Of a DNA stretch of 64,000 nucleotides, positions 51,390 to 64,000 are shown piece by piece. A model generated the notes under the pieces. That model was not told where the DNA came from and ran no database searches. It worked only from the letters and a program-made list of their open reading frames with translations. The position numbers and the translations under genes were made by a program. Source of the DNA: Oopsacas minuta. Taxonomy: Eukaryota > Animalia > Porifera. Position 1 is the first letter of the stretch; the number at the start of each line of letters is the position of its first letter. Location: the NCBI GenBank assembly GCA_024704765.1, contig JAKMXF010000314.1, forward strand, positions 343,418-407,417. Direction: 5' to 3'.

Positions 51390-51960
51390 CCACACATGCT
51401 TAGCAGCATCAGGCATAGCAGTTGTTACTGCAGTAGATGTAACAACTTCTAAACGGTTTCGGTATGGAGATGTCATGCTTTGAAGTGATGCAGGCATTTC
51501 AAATATTGTTGAGATTTTGTGTAGATTATGACAAGACATACAGATTGTGTAAACAGCCATTACAGACTCATTGTAACCTAATTCATATCGTTGGTTGAAA
51601 ACGGCACGTTGATACAGTCATGGTCGCTAGGTATATCGAGATAGCGTGAGGAAATGAATGTAGCGCATTTGACCTGAAGAATGTCTGCCACCCATGAATC
51701 CATTTTTCTTCTTATAGGGCAAGACTGCCAATACATTAACTGCATGTAAAGGTAGACAATACTTCTGCAAGGATGCCTACATCAAGGACTCTAATTCGTT
51801 CCAGTTGCTTTGTGTGCATTTCTCTCTAAAACCCCTTGGGGTGTATGTAACGGTACAGTTTTAGAGGCGGTTTTCGGTAGAATTTTGCAATGTAGCCTCT
51901 GCGTGTGAGAAACTTTGTGTATTTGAGACTCCTTGATATAATGGCTTCGAGTAGTGTGTG
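51390..51960 (-). mobile_element. N-terminal part of a Mutator-like (GDGD/TQNxNES-type) transposase
   Basis: IRVLDVGILAEVLSTFTCS*CIGSLAL*EEK zinc-ribbon-like segment, DINVPF...GYNES-like segment and AMPDAAKHV. Confidence 0.55.
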
Positions 51961-51980
51961 GCTATCTGGTCTGGCACATC

Positions 51981-52376
51981 CAGGGTCAGATTATCCAATA
52001 GGCACAGTAAGTACTGATCCTAGGGCCTACGAAAGTCTGAAAAATTAATTATTGAATGACAATTATTGTTATAGAATCTCTAAACTATAAATTAGTATAT
52101 AGCATTCCCGAGATGATTATCTAATACACATAATTATTACTGAACATATACTTTACCGCTTTGATTCCAAGCAAAATCTCTGATTACTACATCAGTACCT
52201 AACTTCCGAAGCATATCACTCTCTATTGAAAGTAAAGAGAGAGAAGACAGCCGTTCTTGGCCCATAGTTGACCTTAACCAATTTTTAAGGTACTTGACTA
52301 TGAGATCATGAGTCGTCTGCGAGAAGTGCGCTGTCTGGACCGAGGAGAAGCAGAAAGATAGAGCGGTCGAGAACAA
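51981..52376 (-). mobile_element. hAT 3' end (dimerisation domain and terminus)
   Basis: KYLKNWLRSTMGQERLSSLSLLSIESDMLRKL. Terminus reads CAGGGTCAGATTATCC on the + strand at 51981. Confidence 0.85.
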
Positions 52377-52384
52377 AGAGTGGT

Positions 52385-53640
52385 TGGAGCGTTATGAGCC
52401 TAAACTGTAACATAAATTCCATCTGATCTTCTCAAAGTATGGAGCCAGAAGCATCCAAAAGGTTTTGGGGCACTCCTTAGAGAAGAATCGCTTGATGTAC
52501 TCGGTGTTTGTCAGTGATGGAGATTGAAAAAGCTTCCAGCATGTGACAGACCTATATCCTTACCCTCTTGTGAGAAGAGTGTAAAACGCATGTAGTCAAG
52601 CGTCCGAAGAAAGCTTTGATAAAGAACACAAGAAGTATGAAAATCATACTCTTGTACAGTACGCACTATCTGATTGGCAGACAGATTATATCGCCGCAAA
52701 TTATTCTACTGTCATCTATCCACTTCATGGTTCAACAACAAACAAGTTGTGTTCGGGTCTCCGTTTACTAGTTGATCATGTGGTAGGAGATCATTAGGGC
52801 TGTCCTACTGGAGATAAATCATGGTGTCGGTGGAGAACCCATTAGGGTGTTCAGCACTTACTGCTTTGACAACCTTAAAACCAATTGATATCGAAAAGGT
52901 CAAAGAAGTATTCAATACTTATGCGACAGGAGAGTTCTGCACCACCTGACGTTAGGACTGACTCAGAATGCTAATGAATCCATGCATAACACTATATGGA
53001 GTCTCAGTACTAAAATCAAGTACGTATCACCTCAATCTATTAGAATGAGTACTGCTATCGCTGTCTAACATTCAACGAGAGGGAACTGTCACTATTCGAG
53101 ATCCTTAATGAACTTGACCCGTCTCCATCATGGAGGGCTTACTGTTCAATCTTGAAAAGATAATATTTATCTGAATACTACTGTTGTAACCAGAAGAAGT
53201 CTAATTTCCTGCGAAGAAGACGAAAAATGAGGTTATCTAAACAGCAGAGAGAGCGTCCTGCTAAGAGCAGAAGGCGGGACAAGCTCCAAAAGTGGGCAGT
53301 TTGGTGCTGAGAATGTTCCAGAGAAGAGTGTGAAAGAGCTCGAGGAGGGGCTGGATCAACACTAAGAAGACTTCGTGCTGTGAAGAGAGCATAGTATTTC
53401 TCCTCTTTCCACGCAGTCGTCTACTGGCTCATCCAGCAGTTCTGACGAGTCGGATACCCTGTGCTGCATATGCTAGCGAATCAGAACTTATAGAGGAGGG
53501 TAGAATCGGGATGAAGAATCAATCGCAAAGGGTACAGTGTGACTTCTGCGATGATTGGGTTCATTACTACTGTGATGATGTAGATGCGGAGACTGACTTG
53601 CTGGCTCTTTCTCCTTTGGCAAGTGTCTGTATTTCTATGT
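52385..53640 (+). mobile_element. C-terminal part of a Mutator-like transposase followed by a PHD finger
   Basis: NCNINS.*SSQSMEPEA, MYSVFVSDGD*KSF, ECKTHVVKR, GCPTGDKSWC, TQNANESMHNTIWS. Then an acidic linker and CCIC...QCDFCDDWVHYYC. Confidence 0.7.
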
Positions 53641-54640
53641 TTGATTCTTCTTTCTAGTAATCAAATTTTATATACTGATCGAAGGTGCTGCTGAATTAAT
53701 TATATTTTGAAATCTCTTTCCAAGTTGCAACCTGTTTTCAACAGCTGGTTACAGTCAACTGTTTCAAAAGCCTCCAGGCAATGGATCAGTATACATTACC
53801 GGTACAATCCTGTATATTTTATTCAATATTTAGTACGTAACATATTTATCATTTTCATTTTTTTCTGTAAGAGCTTTTGTTTTGATAATTAGTTGATTCC
53901 ATATGTTTCGTTTATCTCTTTAGCAGCAAGGTACTATGGCCGAAATATTCCTACACTTAATTTTACTTTTTGCCTTACCTGGGCAAGTTGTTTCAAAAAT
54001 AGAGCCTTCTCAACGTTAGGTAATCACCGCAAAATTGACAATTTCCTCTCTGTGCTCGGCCAGTTCAAGATTTCTTACTCTGAGATTCTGAACATTTGAG
54101 GTTTACGCTAGGGAGTTAGTGAAGTCCCCCAGCTGGGGAGGGAAGATTGACCATATGTCCTCTCTTTTGAAACTGGGTTGTAGTCGCATTCCCATAGTTT
54201 CTCTATAATCTGAATAATCTCTGATATTCTGAGTTAGTGTCAAAAATGATCCCGCACTTATAACGATAGGCCTAGAAAATGGAAACTTTTCTTAAATCTC
54301 AAAGATTTCCTTCTCGATTTTAGAATTCTGTTCGATATTATATTTCTACTCGCTAGAAGGTGCATCAGTGTAATTAGAGATGCAGATGTCCATTAATAAC
54401 GTAAGTAACAAGTATCGTAGGAATTTTAGTCTCTGGTCCCCGAACATTGCTACTATCCGTTGTGGGACACCCAAGTCTCCAACTTACTTTGATTTTCGAA
54501 ACTGACCCTCTATAACTATTTAGAAGGTAAATATGTATTTTTGTCGCTCTACTAAGCTAAGAAGTTCAGCACTTTGGTGATTATCAGTAACGAACAAAGT
54601 ATGAAAATTTGGAGAGCACTCCAATCTATCCTTGGAAGCA

Positions 54641-56606
54641 AAATTCTGATACAACACTCATCGGTATCACCAATGATCTGTCTTCACAGTGTCTATTATT
54701 GACTTATAATCACATCGACACTTTATGCCAATGATCGGTAGGAGGTCGTATAGGGCTGGAAATTGAAGCTACAGATCATTGCTGTATAATTAACTTATAA
54801 AATATTTAGTACGTGTAACTGTAAAGCATAAGGGAACAATTTCTATCAACGCATTCACAAAACCGAGTCAGAGAAGAGGTAAAAGAAGCTGGTTCTCTCA
54901 TTCTGGTTCCTACTTTTAGTACCTAAGCTCCAGCTCCAAATATTTCACAAACCAGGGGGGATCTATTATCCCCCGTCCTATTTTAAGTCGATTTCCATTA
55001 CAGGAAGTTAGAGACCATCTAAAAAGATTCAATGCAATTGCTTCGTACCAAATTATATGATCAGCTCAAGTATTCCATAGAAAAGGATGCTATCTTCTGT
55101 TTCTGCCGTAGACATTTTGGACATTCGGGAATTCCTCCAGCCTATATATGAATGGATTCAGCAATTGGAATAAACCCAAAGGAATAAGTGATCATGGTAT
55201 CAGGCCTGATCACAAACTATCTTACCTATCGTAGAACGTGGATTGAGTACCATAAAATTTTAGCTGTGAGGGATAAGAGCATTGCAGTGAGACTGTGACA
55301 GGGGAGATAAATTTCAAGTAAAGAACCGATATTACATCAAAACTGTATGTGAAGTAATTAGAATTGTTGCGCTTCAAGCTTTACCTATTCGTGGCCACAG
55401 AGAAGGTGAAGACTCACTTAATCGAGGTAATTTTCTGGAAACTTTAACCCTACTTTTAGAACATGATGAGATAGTGAACAGGAATCTGCATTAGGAAAAA
55501 GTGCTAAATATACAAGTCCAGATTTCCAAAATGAACTCCTTGGGATTATGGCTAAGCCAATTCGGGAGGAAATCGTGCATGATCTAGAAAGGAGTAGACG
55601 TTATGCCCTTATATGCGATTAAACGAAAGACATTACTAAAGTTGAGCGTTTGGCTTGTATACTTCGTTTCGTTGATCTAAACACTTGTGAACCAACCGAA
55701 GTTCTATTAGAGATGTCTTCAATAGATGGACTAGATGTAAAGAGCATCTCGAACCACATTTTAACTGTCTTAAATACAAATTTAGTTCAAATTTCTATGA
55801 TGATGTTTCAGTGTTATGATGGAGCTCATGTTATGTCAGGGTCAGTATCTGGTGTTCAGGACCGCATTAAATATATGAATCCTGAGGCCATATACACACA
55901 TTGTTTTTCTCACAGACTGAACCTCGCGCTCGTTAATGCAATGCGTGGTGCTGGTGAATTTAGTGAGATTCTAGGATTACTTTCTATGTTGTATACATTT
56001 CTGTCCGCTTCAATTGTGCATATTGAATTTGAGCGTGAACAGATACAGTTGATCGAAGACCAGATAATCGATGAACTGCCTCCAATCTCGCTAAAGAGAC
56101 ATCCAGTGACTCGCTAGAGCTCAAGATACGAATCGTTTAACGCAGTACTTCGTACCCTTCTAGCAATCCAAACTATATCAAAAATTTATCGCGCACAGCT
56201 ACTGCACGTGGATTATTGGCGCAGTTGGATACGAGTTTCGTGATTGATTTATGCATTTTACAAGCAGTTCTTGGTCTAACTAAAATGCTGGGTGAGACAT
56301 TGTAAGATGTAAATTTCGACATCGTATCTGCAGTAGACACAGTAGAGGGAATCAGAGTTGAGCTGGAAGAGCGGGATACAGAAGCTGAAACATGTACACT
56401 CAAAATGACAAATGGTCTGAGGACAGGCAATGACAGCAAACAAGCTAGCAGAAGTTCCTGGGGCTGTTGAAAGTCGACGAAGAAAGGCTAGAGTTGATTT
56501 CGCTGATTCACCAATCATCTATACAAAAGTGTATTAATCTAATCTATGGATTTCTATTATACGACGTGTTGTTGTGGAGCTCAATCGCCGATTTCCTTTC
56601 CGACCG
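54641..56606 (+). mobile_element. hAT transposon copy B (inverted near-duplicate of copy A), lacking the 5' TIR and ending at an N
   Basis: 54641-56573 is the reverse complement of about 6328-8262. The 155 aa ORFs are identical. Copy B continues IIRRVVVELNRRF before the N at 56607. Confidence 0.92.
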
Positions 56607-56607
56607 N
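56607..56607. other. single N: probable assembly join
   Basis: The only ambiguous base in the window. Unrelated elements lie on either side. Confidence 0.7.
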
Positions 56608-56759
56608 TTTAAGAATTAAAAAATGAAGGAATGTGCGTGCTCTCCAAGACCTATTACCGTTGCTCACTACGCTCGGAGTTTGTAGAATTCTTTGTGAAAA
56701 TGTCCCCCCCACTTTGTAACATGGATTTACGCCCTTGATTATATCATCTGTATCCCTCT

Positions 56760-57316
56760 CAACCATCAAAAATACCCACTGGCCAGTTAACAGTCTGCCT
56801 CTATTATATTTCGTTTGCCGAAATTTGATTCGTCTATCTCAACGATCTTGCCAGGACCTCCAATGGGTTGAGGGTTCATTAATATTTCTTCCAAACATAT
56901 ATCCCTCATATAATTCTTTCAATCAACAACTGTGTTCGGACTCCATCCCAAATGCTTCTCCAAAAATGCATGCGATTGCAAGTCTTCACTCCAATAGTAC
57001 AGGAACTTGAACATCAATGGGAGTGGAATTTTGGATGGTGTAAAAAGGACCCATGGTGGATCGAACACTTTCGTCTACATAGACTACATCTTCATTCATA
57101 GCCATCCTGAAAGTGAGAAGAATGTGTATCATACATTTCTACTCCACAACGACACCGCATTCGACGCGCTAATAAGCCATACGTTCTTAACCAGTTTATG
57201 ACATTATCACAAGACTGTGCAAAGATAATAATGTCATCAATAATCAAATCCTGTGGGAATTCACTGAAGACAGTGGGCTCAAGTATTGGCTGAAAATCTA
57301 TTAGTTGTAATATCAA
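56760..57316 (-). mobile_element. Merlin (IS1595/ISXO2-like) transposase remnant
   Basis: WLRTYGLLARRMRCRCG...DGYE*RCSLCRRK zinc ribbon, then IGGPGKIVEIDESNFGKR and, after a frameshift, YNRGRLLTGQWVF..VERDT. Confidence 0.8.
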
Positions 57317-57879
57317 TACTTAGAATATTATATGTGCAACAATTACTAATTATATACCAGTCGGCCCATCGACGTAACACAATTGCTAGAAGGAATACCA
57401 CAATTTTGTGGCATCTTAATTTGAAATAACCACATTACTGACAATAGCATTTTGTTGTTTTCATTAATACTACATATTTGTTTACTATTGAAAATGTTGC
57501 ATTCCTATTACAATGTTGGGTAATCATACACTACTTTACAATCTTATGAATAGTTGGGTATTTAGAATATTAGTCTTCATATGTATTCTAAAAGTGGCTT
57601 CATTAATCATAAAACTGGTTTAGTTGGTTTCATGACCTCTCATTTGTAAAACATCATAGGAAATAACATAAAATATAAACTCATAGAAATGCTGAACGTA
57701 TGAGAGTAGTATGCATAAGCAAAGTGAATACAAACAAACATATAGCGTATAAATTGGCTTCATTCAGTTATTGTAATATATCCCCATAGATTTTGGCTTG
57801 TATAGTAAAATGATTATAACTTTGTCAAATTTAGTCCGATTTTAGTGTTCTAAAGTTCCCTATTCATTATTCGACGAGT

Positions 57880-58545
57880 TCTATGACTTCAAAATAACCC
57901 CTAGTGTCGATTAAAAGGGAATCACCTTCCGGTAAAATACTATAGTTGTACCCAAAAAAGTACAAATACCCGAAGAAACAATGGGCCCAAACAATATTTC
58001 TTGACGAGATCTCAATCTGGCTCTCAAGGAGAAGATTAAGGATATGGACAAAATCCAACAAAAAGAATCTCCCCAACAACGAAGCATGTCCCAAAGGTAC
58101 ACGTGTGGGCTGCATTCTAATCTATGAGTACATTTCCATTGTGCTTTTTCAATAACAATATGAATAGTGAAATGTTTTTAGATATAATGGAAGGATATTT
58201 GATAACTCCGGCACAGGTATATCATGAAAATCACTGACGATTGGTGATGGATAATGATCCAAAACACACCTCCCAAAAGGTCCGCACCTGGTTGGCACAA
58301 AATGTACCAAATCAGATTCTATGGCCTTCACAAAGTCCAGATCTTAACCCTATTGAAAATTTATTCGCGTGGGTGAAGCGAGAGATACTTAAGCTAGGCC
58401 CAAGGACACTTCCAGAACTGAAACTCAATTTAGAAGCGGTCTCGAATCGTAATCAATCAGATTAACTCAAACCTTACTGGGAATCAATTCCCAGAAGATG
58501 CCAACTAGTAGTAGAGGGCAACGGGTATCCTATTAATTATTAAGA
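57880..58545 (+). mobile_element. decayed Tc1 (DD34E) transposase
   Basis: TIFLDE, MDNDPKHTSQ and WPSQSPDLNPIENL, with 34 residues between D and E. Frameshifted. Confidence 0.85.
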
Positions 58546-59739
58546 TCTATTAATTCACTCTCAATTTGGGGCATATATGGCAATGTGTACTGTAAGTCTA
58601 ATAATTTTCGGCTTAAGTAACAATTCTAAATAAATATGTAACAGACTGTAGTTGCCTAACCGAATCCTGAGTATATTCGGTTACTCAAACCAAATACCAA
58701 TATTGGACTATATAGGATCAGACTTGTTTATACAGTCGAAATGAATCTTTTCTTACTATCTCTATGTAGAAAAATTAAATAAGAGCTTTGACTTCTTACT
58801 TGAAAATTGGCAAATAATTCCATAAGTTGTACCTCATTTTTATTATCCCAGGATTTGAAAAATGTCAATCCAGAAATCCCACAAATAAAAATTTCCGGGA
58901 TTAATAGCCCTACTAACAACTCGAATCTTAAATCGTACATTGTGTCAGGCCAATAATCATAAACATAAATTAAAAAGTAACACACTGAATAAGGAGTTCT
59001 TACCCATGGATGCTATGAAAGAGACCCTCAGGATTCTGAGGGCCTCTCACCCTAATCTAAAATCTTCACTACCTCCCCTCCAAACCCAAGAATCAGTTAT
59101 TGGGTACTCTTATGTAGGAGGGGCGGTGTAGCTGGTGAAAGAGTTACCATCGATTGCTAATTACATATTAGTGAATGATTATACTTTTCAAGTTACCTTA
59201 CAACAAAATCTGAGTAATATTTCCAGGGATCAAAATTGGATAGTAAAAGGTAATCGGATACATCATAGCTGGACATTTTGTAGATACGAATTGGGATTTC
59301 TAATGAATTTCTGATTGTTTGTTTTAAGCCTCTTGGATTGAATAAAAAATTCGAATGATAAATTCAGATTTCGCTAATTAATGGTAAATATGACACTATC
59401 TTCTACGTATATAAATATATGAAATTTACAATTCCCGAAGTTTCTCCAAATTGTAAATAATCCATGCAATTAATTATTTAGTACAGTTAGATTTCTAGAA
59501 AGCTAACATGGGATGTCAAGTCCCGAAGACAATAAATTTGATTGCATATTTGATACATTTTGGAAGGGCAAAGTACAACTCTGGGGATATACCCCTAGAT
59601 CCGCCAAGCGCTAAGAATGAGTAGGAACAGTTCCAATCTATGTTATTCATCTATGTAAAGCTGAGTTTGCTTAGAGCTAAGTTTCAAATATGAGTACGAT
59701 GCTCGTACTGTATACAGATGATAATTTAATAATATCTAT

Positions 59740-60505
59740 CAAGAGATATATTAAATACGAGCCTTTGGCTTGTCGCTTCGTGATCAACTCGGCGCATTGC
59801 GGCTCGAAGTTTCCCTTATCCTCCTAATTGACGGCCCCTTTGAGTAATATAATATAGATATACTTAGAACAATGTAATTCACAAATATCGTATATGTCAT
59901 AAATGTTATTGAATCATTTTGTAAGAGCAACCCCCTATGTAGCCGTTTAGAGCAAGTATCTACGTAATTTGAAGATTTTTGCTAATTTGTTCACTTTGTG
60001 TACCCAAAAGTAAACTAATATTCACAGTATATCCTTTACAATATCATATTGGGGCTCAGCATACTCGATTATCTCAGTATAACCATTGAAAGCATGTTTC
60101 TATCTCAATTGTGAAATTTGTTTACTTTACATTCATAAAAACAACAATAAATATACATATGAGAAACTTGAAAATGCGAAATTTGGATTCAGCATACTTA
60201 GGTACCCCTCGGTAGCCTTTTAGAACAAGGTTGTATGTATCTTTTGAGATTTGGCTAATTTGTTTACTGTATATTCATAAAAACAACAATAATTTACATA
60301 TGATTAATCCAAAAGTGTGAAAATCGGATTCAGCATGTTCGATATATTTAGTGAAGTTTCATTGGATTCTATTTACTTCCTTGATAAACACGATAAATTC
60401 ATAGTTATGCGACAATTTCAAAATTGTATGCCGTAAATCCCTTCCTTGACAACGGACAAATAAACAGACAAACAAACAAACATTGAGATTTAATAATGTT
60501 GATTA
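59740..60505 (+). repeat. Helitron/Helentron-like element with internal tandem repeats
   Basis: GC-rich hairpin-like start at 59757-59810, about three degenerate units sharing GCTAATTTGTT..CATAAAAACAACAATAA..TTCAGCAT, and an (AAAC)n tail. Shares its 3' part with 27930-28220. Confidence 0.55.
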
Positions 60506-62761
60506 GGGCCAACTATCAGGACACACTCAGGCACTTACATCTGCCTCAGAATATATCACGTACTAGCTATCATGAGGAAATTTGTTCGAAACGAAATCAA
60601 TATTCTGAATGTACACAAATTGTGATTGTGTGTATACGTGTCTACTTTGTGTTATAATAATAGTGGAAGATGATCTGCGTATATTATAAATGGAATAACA
60701 TATCCTTGACGAAATAGGTGAGTTAAACAATAACAATAAGACAATCGAGTATTCTGATTGTTGTTTTCAAGGGAATGTATTATTAAGTGTATTCAAGGAG
60801 TAAAGTGGACTATGAGACCGCGATTTTTTGTAATATAATCATTAGAAGTAGCCAAAAGAATACACGAAACACCTAAAAAATTATTGACCACTTTCACAAC
60901 AATGGTGTACCTATACGTAGTAAAATGAACGATAAATATGTTCTATAGGAATCGATATGTACGTATTTAACTAATAGTAATTCAATAAGAATAGAATAGG
61001 CACCCAAATAACGCTACCCGCAAAGCGAAGTTAATGGAGCGGCCCAGCATGTGTAAGCGAAGTATGGTCGTATTTGTGTTATTATAATTCCTGTGTAAAA
61101 TCTTATACATTACACATACAAAGACACCAAAGTAAGTTGTTACATAAAATGGTATCCGCAAAAAGGAATCTGGGGGTTATCCTCCCGGAAATTTGTTAAC
61201 ACTCCTCGTTAAATGTGCTCCCTTGGAAATTAAAGGGAACATTGGAGAAACATAATTATATATTGACCATTGCTAACCGCTGGGTTCTAAATTCAGCAAA
61301 ATGTTCCTAATCTGTCAACTGTTTTCCGGTCAATTCGGCCTAATTCCATCTCTGATATATACTTAGAATTCATTCATGATTTTGTTAAGGACTTTCACAC
61401 TTTACTCACGGTAATCTACCTAAATTCTTAATTATTTCTTTTGTTTGTTTAGGTTAAAGTTGGGAAAATTTTTCATGTAGCTTAAGGGCTTCGCCCTCTC
61501 ATTCTATCACCAAAAGTAAGAATTAAATTCTAAAAGATTTGATAATTGAAAGAACTTGTTCCGAAATTGAGAAGTGCATTAGTATAACCTAGCTTATGAA
61601 GGATTAATTCCTCAGATCTAACTACTATATTAATCGAATATCTATTCCCATAAGGAAACCATATAACAATAGCAATCCACGTGATAAGGCTTATAAGATT
61701 CCGTAAATATAGAAATTTAGATTGTAGGCGTAAGATTATCAGCGTCTCTATTTTCAACTAAGTTTCTGAACCAAAAATATGGATCTTCCCGTGTTGATCT
61801 GAAGTTGACGAATATAATATATGTTAGACTTTTCTGAATTCGACGATAATTTTTTATTATAGCTCTTAGTGACTATTTACTTCAGCACAAATGAGAAATT
61901 CATATTACAAATTAGCGAATGTCACATATTTTTTAACTGAACATTCTCCGATTCAGAACGAATTGTATTTTAATTGAAATTGTGACTTGGCTGCCAATCT
62001 TCAAAATTTTACCAAACTTACGGCTAAAACTGAAATATATATTATTATCTTGTTCATCTGTAAACTTGGCAATCATAAGCGCCGAACCCAGGGGGGTTCT
62101 GGGGATGCTCGAGCCCCCATGAATCGTTCATTTTATAGAAAGTTCGGCGCCTCCGTTTGCAATTATTTCCAATTTTCTATTTAGATCTATCTATTTGAAC
62201 AATGTTGACGTAAGCTACAAAGTTATGTTTATATTTGAAATTGTCAAAGGGCTATGGCTGGCGATTTTTCCAGTATTTTAGGAACTTTTGGGGAGTTATA
62301 TTTTTCGGGTTATAATACACCTTTTCTTGTTATATGCAAGTGATAATTATTAATTAGGGAAAATATCTCCGGTCATATCGGCCACATACATATCTATATA
62401 GAGCTGAGCTCTATATACACTATTTGATACAGTTTGTATTGATAACGCGACTTAAAGGGCCGTTTTTTAATGGAACGATTCTATAACATGCCTTAAAACT
62501 ATAATAACGTTTAATGTGTCCTCTTGATTTCAGTTCAACTTAAAAGAGTCACTTTTTGACTATTGGAATTTATTGAGATTATTCCCAATTGAGTACAATA
62601 TGTTTCAGCTAGACCATAGCATTGACTAAACTTTATGTATTGAGTGAAACATTCTCTAATGTCTTTTGGAGGCACGGCCCACTATTTAAGTATTTATTTG
62701 GCACTTTAATTTATCACCTTTGCCTAGATCCAAAGAATTATATATTCGAATGTAAGTTGTA

Positions 62762-64000
62762 CGAGGGCCGTCCAAAAAGTTTTTAGAATGAATGCTGTAA
62801 CTTCATTTCTTGCACACTAATACGTCTTATATCTATAGTACACTATTTATGACTACTCTAGTTTAATATCTAAGCTTTTTATCTTTTATTACTTTTTTTA
62901 CAGCTACTTATATAGTCGGCACTTGGCTCTAATTTTAAATTCGTACCAAATTATTTCTCATGGATTTACATTTGGAAAGGAGGGACTTTCGCGCAATTAT
63001 TATTTATAACTTCATGAGAAAACTCAGTCCTAAAGAATCACATATTGAACTTCAGGGCACATTTGGAGAAAAATCACCATCTTTGGCTACAGTGTACAAC
63101 TGGCACGGTGAATTTAACCGTGGACGAAATACTCTAAGTGATGAGATGCGATCAGGACGTCCTGCAGATGCGGTTAACCTAGAAAATATCCAGAAAGTTA
63201 AGAAAATAATCAAAAAATTAGCGTCGAATCATATTAAGAAATAATGAGTCATTTAGACATCAGCAGAGGAAGCCTCCATACCATACTTCATAAACATCTC
63301 TTGGTGAGGTAAGTAGCTGCACGTTGGATTCTACATAAATTTTCTGAAGATCAAATGACAACTCGAGTGGATTGGTGCAAATTTATGATCAGAAAATTCG
63401 ATCATGGTCGTTCAAAGCTATTGAATATATTAATTACGGGAGATGAGACTTGGATTTACCAATATGACCCAGAGACGATGCAACAATCCTCATTTTCCAT
63501 TTCCAGATGATGATCCCCCTCAAAAATTGAAAAGTGCACAAAGTGGCAACAAGCAAATAGTCGCCAGTTTCATCTCTAAAACGGGATATGCTGCTACTAT
63601 TCCCCTTGTAGAGCAAAATACTGTAACTGCGAGTTGGTATCTCAACATTTGCATGCCTCAGGTGATAGAAAAGTGGAGCATTTTACATCCTAAAGCCTAC
63701 CCCACCTCACTTCAATGGCACCATAACAATGCAAGTGCACACAAGGCAGCTTTGACAATGGATTTCTTTGCAGAAAATGGCATAAAATTGATACCCCATC
63801 CAGCATATTCCCCAGATTTGTTGCCAAGCGACTTTCTTTTCCCTAAACTAAAAAGAAGATCAAAGGGGTTCATTTCAATAGTACAGAAGAGGCAAGACTG
63901 GCTTATAATGAGGCCCTCCAAGACCTAACCAAAGAAGACTGGGAGAATTGTTTTGAAAGTTGGTTTAGAAGGATGGATTTATGCATAGTCATCTGGTATA
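62762..64000 (+). mobile_element. mariner (DD34D-type) element, inactive; runs off the right edge of the window
   Basis: TA-CGAGGGCCGTCCAAAAAGT terminus. Motifs RSGRP, ITGDETWIYQYDPE, HHNNASAH (second catalytic D changed to N) and YSPDLLPSDF. Stops and frameshifts. Confidence 0.9.

Noticed and set aside
58728-58985. 85 aa ORF with a CAA|GTAAGA donor
   Set aside because: Overlaps a hAT-type end (TAGGGCTATTAATCCCGG with GGGATT repeats); no homology recognised.
1-64000. Alternative genetic code, suggested by many in-frame TAA/TAG/TGA at positions where Q, E or W is expected
   Set aside because: The stops occur only in elements that also carry frameshifts. p38 (ends TAG), the maT transposase (ends TGA) and the JIP exons have no internal stops.
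1-64000. CRISPR array, rRNA or tRNA genes
   Set aside because: No regularly spaced repeat-spacer units and no cloverleaf or rRNA-like tract seen. The short repeats present are subterminal motifs of DNA transposons.

Overview
AT-rich eukaryotic (animal-like) genomic DNA, mostly transposon debris; the organism cannot be determined from sequence alone. Two host genes are recognisable. One is an intact, intronless p38-family MAP kinase with a TGY activation loop (42514-43620, +). The other is the 5' part of a JIP3/JIP4 (Sunday driver-type) MAPK scaffold gene on the minus strand: exon 1 at 29643-29458, exon 2 at 20213-19939, probable exon 3 at 10067-9858, with the rest probably left of the window. 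The two genes are divergent, with start codons 12.9 kb apart, and each has an unpaired splice acceptor 14-15 nt before the ATG. Mobile DNA includes one fully intact DD37D (maT) Tc1/mariner element and remnants of hAT, pogo, Tc1, mariner, Merlin, Mutator-like, NOF-like, CR1-type LINE, Gypsy-like and Helitron-like elements, plus several MITEs. A decayed 1.9 kb hAT segment occurs twice in inverted orientation about 46 kb apart. The least explained structure is 29813-34885: a 36 bp inverted repeat (35/36 identical) bracketing two inward-facing, distantly related 'TWNGK' ORFs, a SENP/Ulp1-PHD remnant and a five-exon orphan pseudogene. No rRNA, tRNA or CRISPR array was seen. All family calls are from motif recognition by eye, not from database searches.
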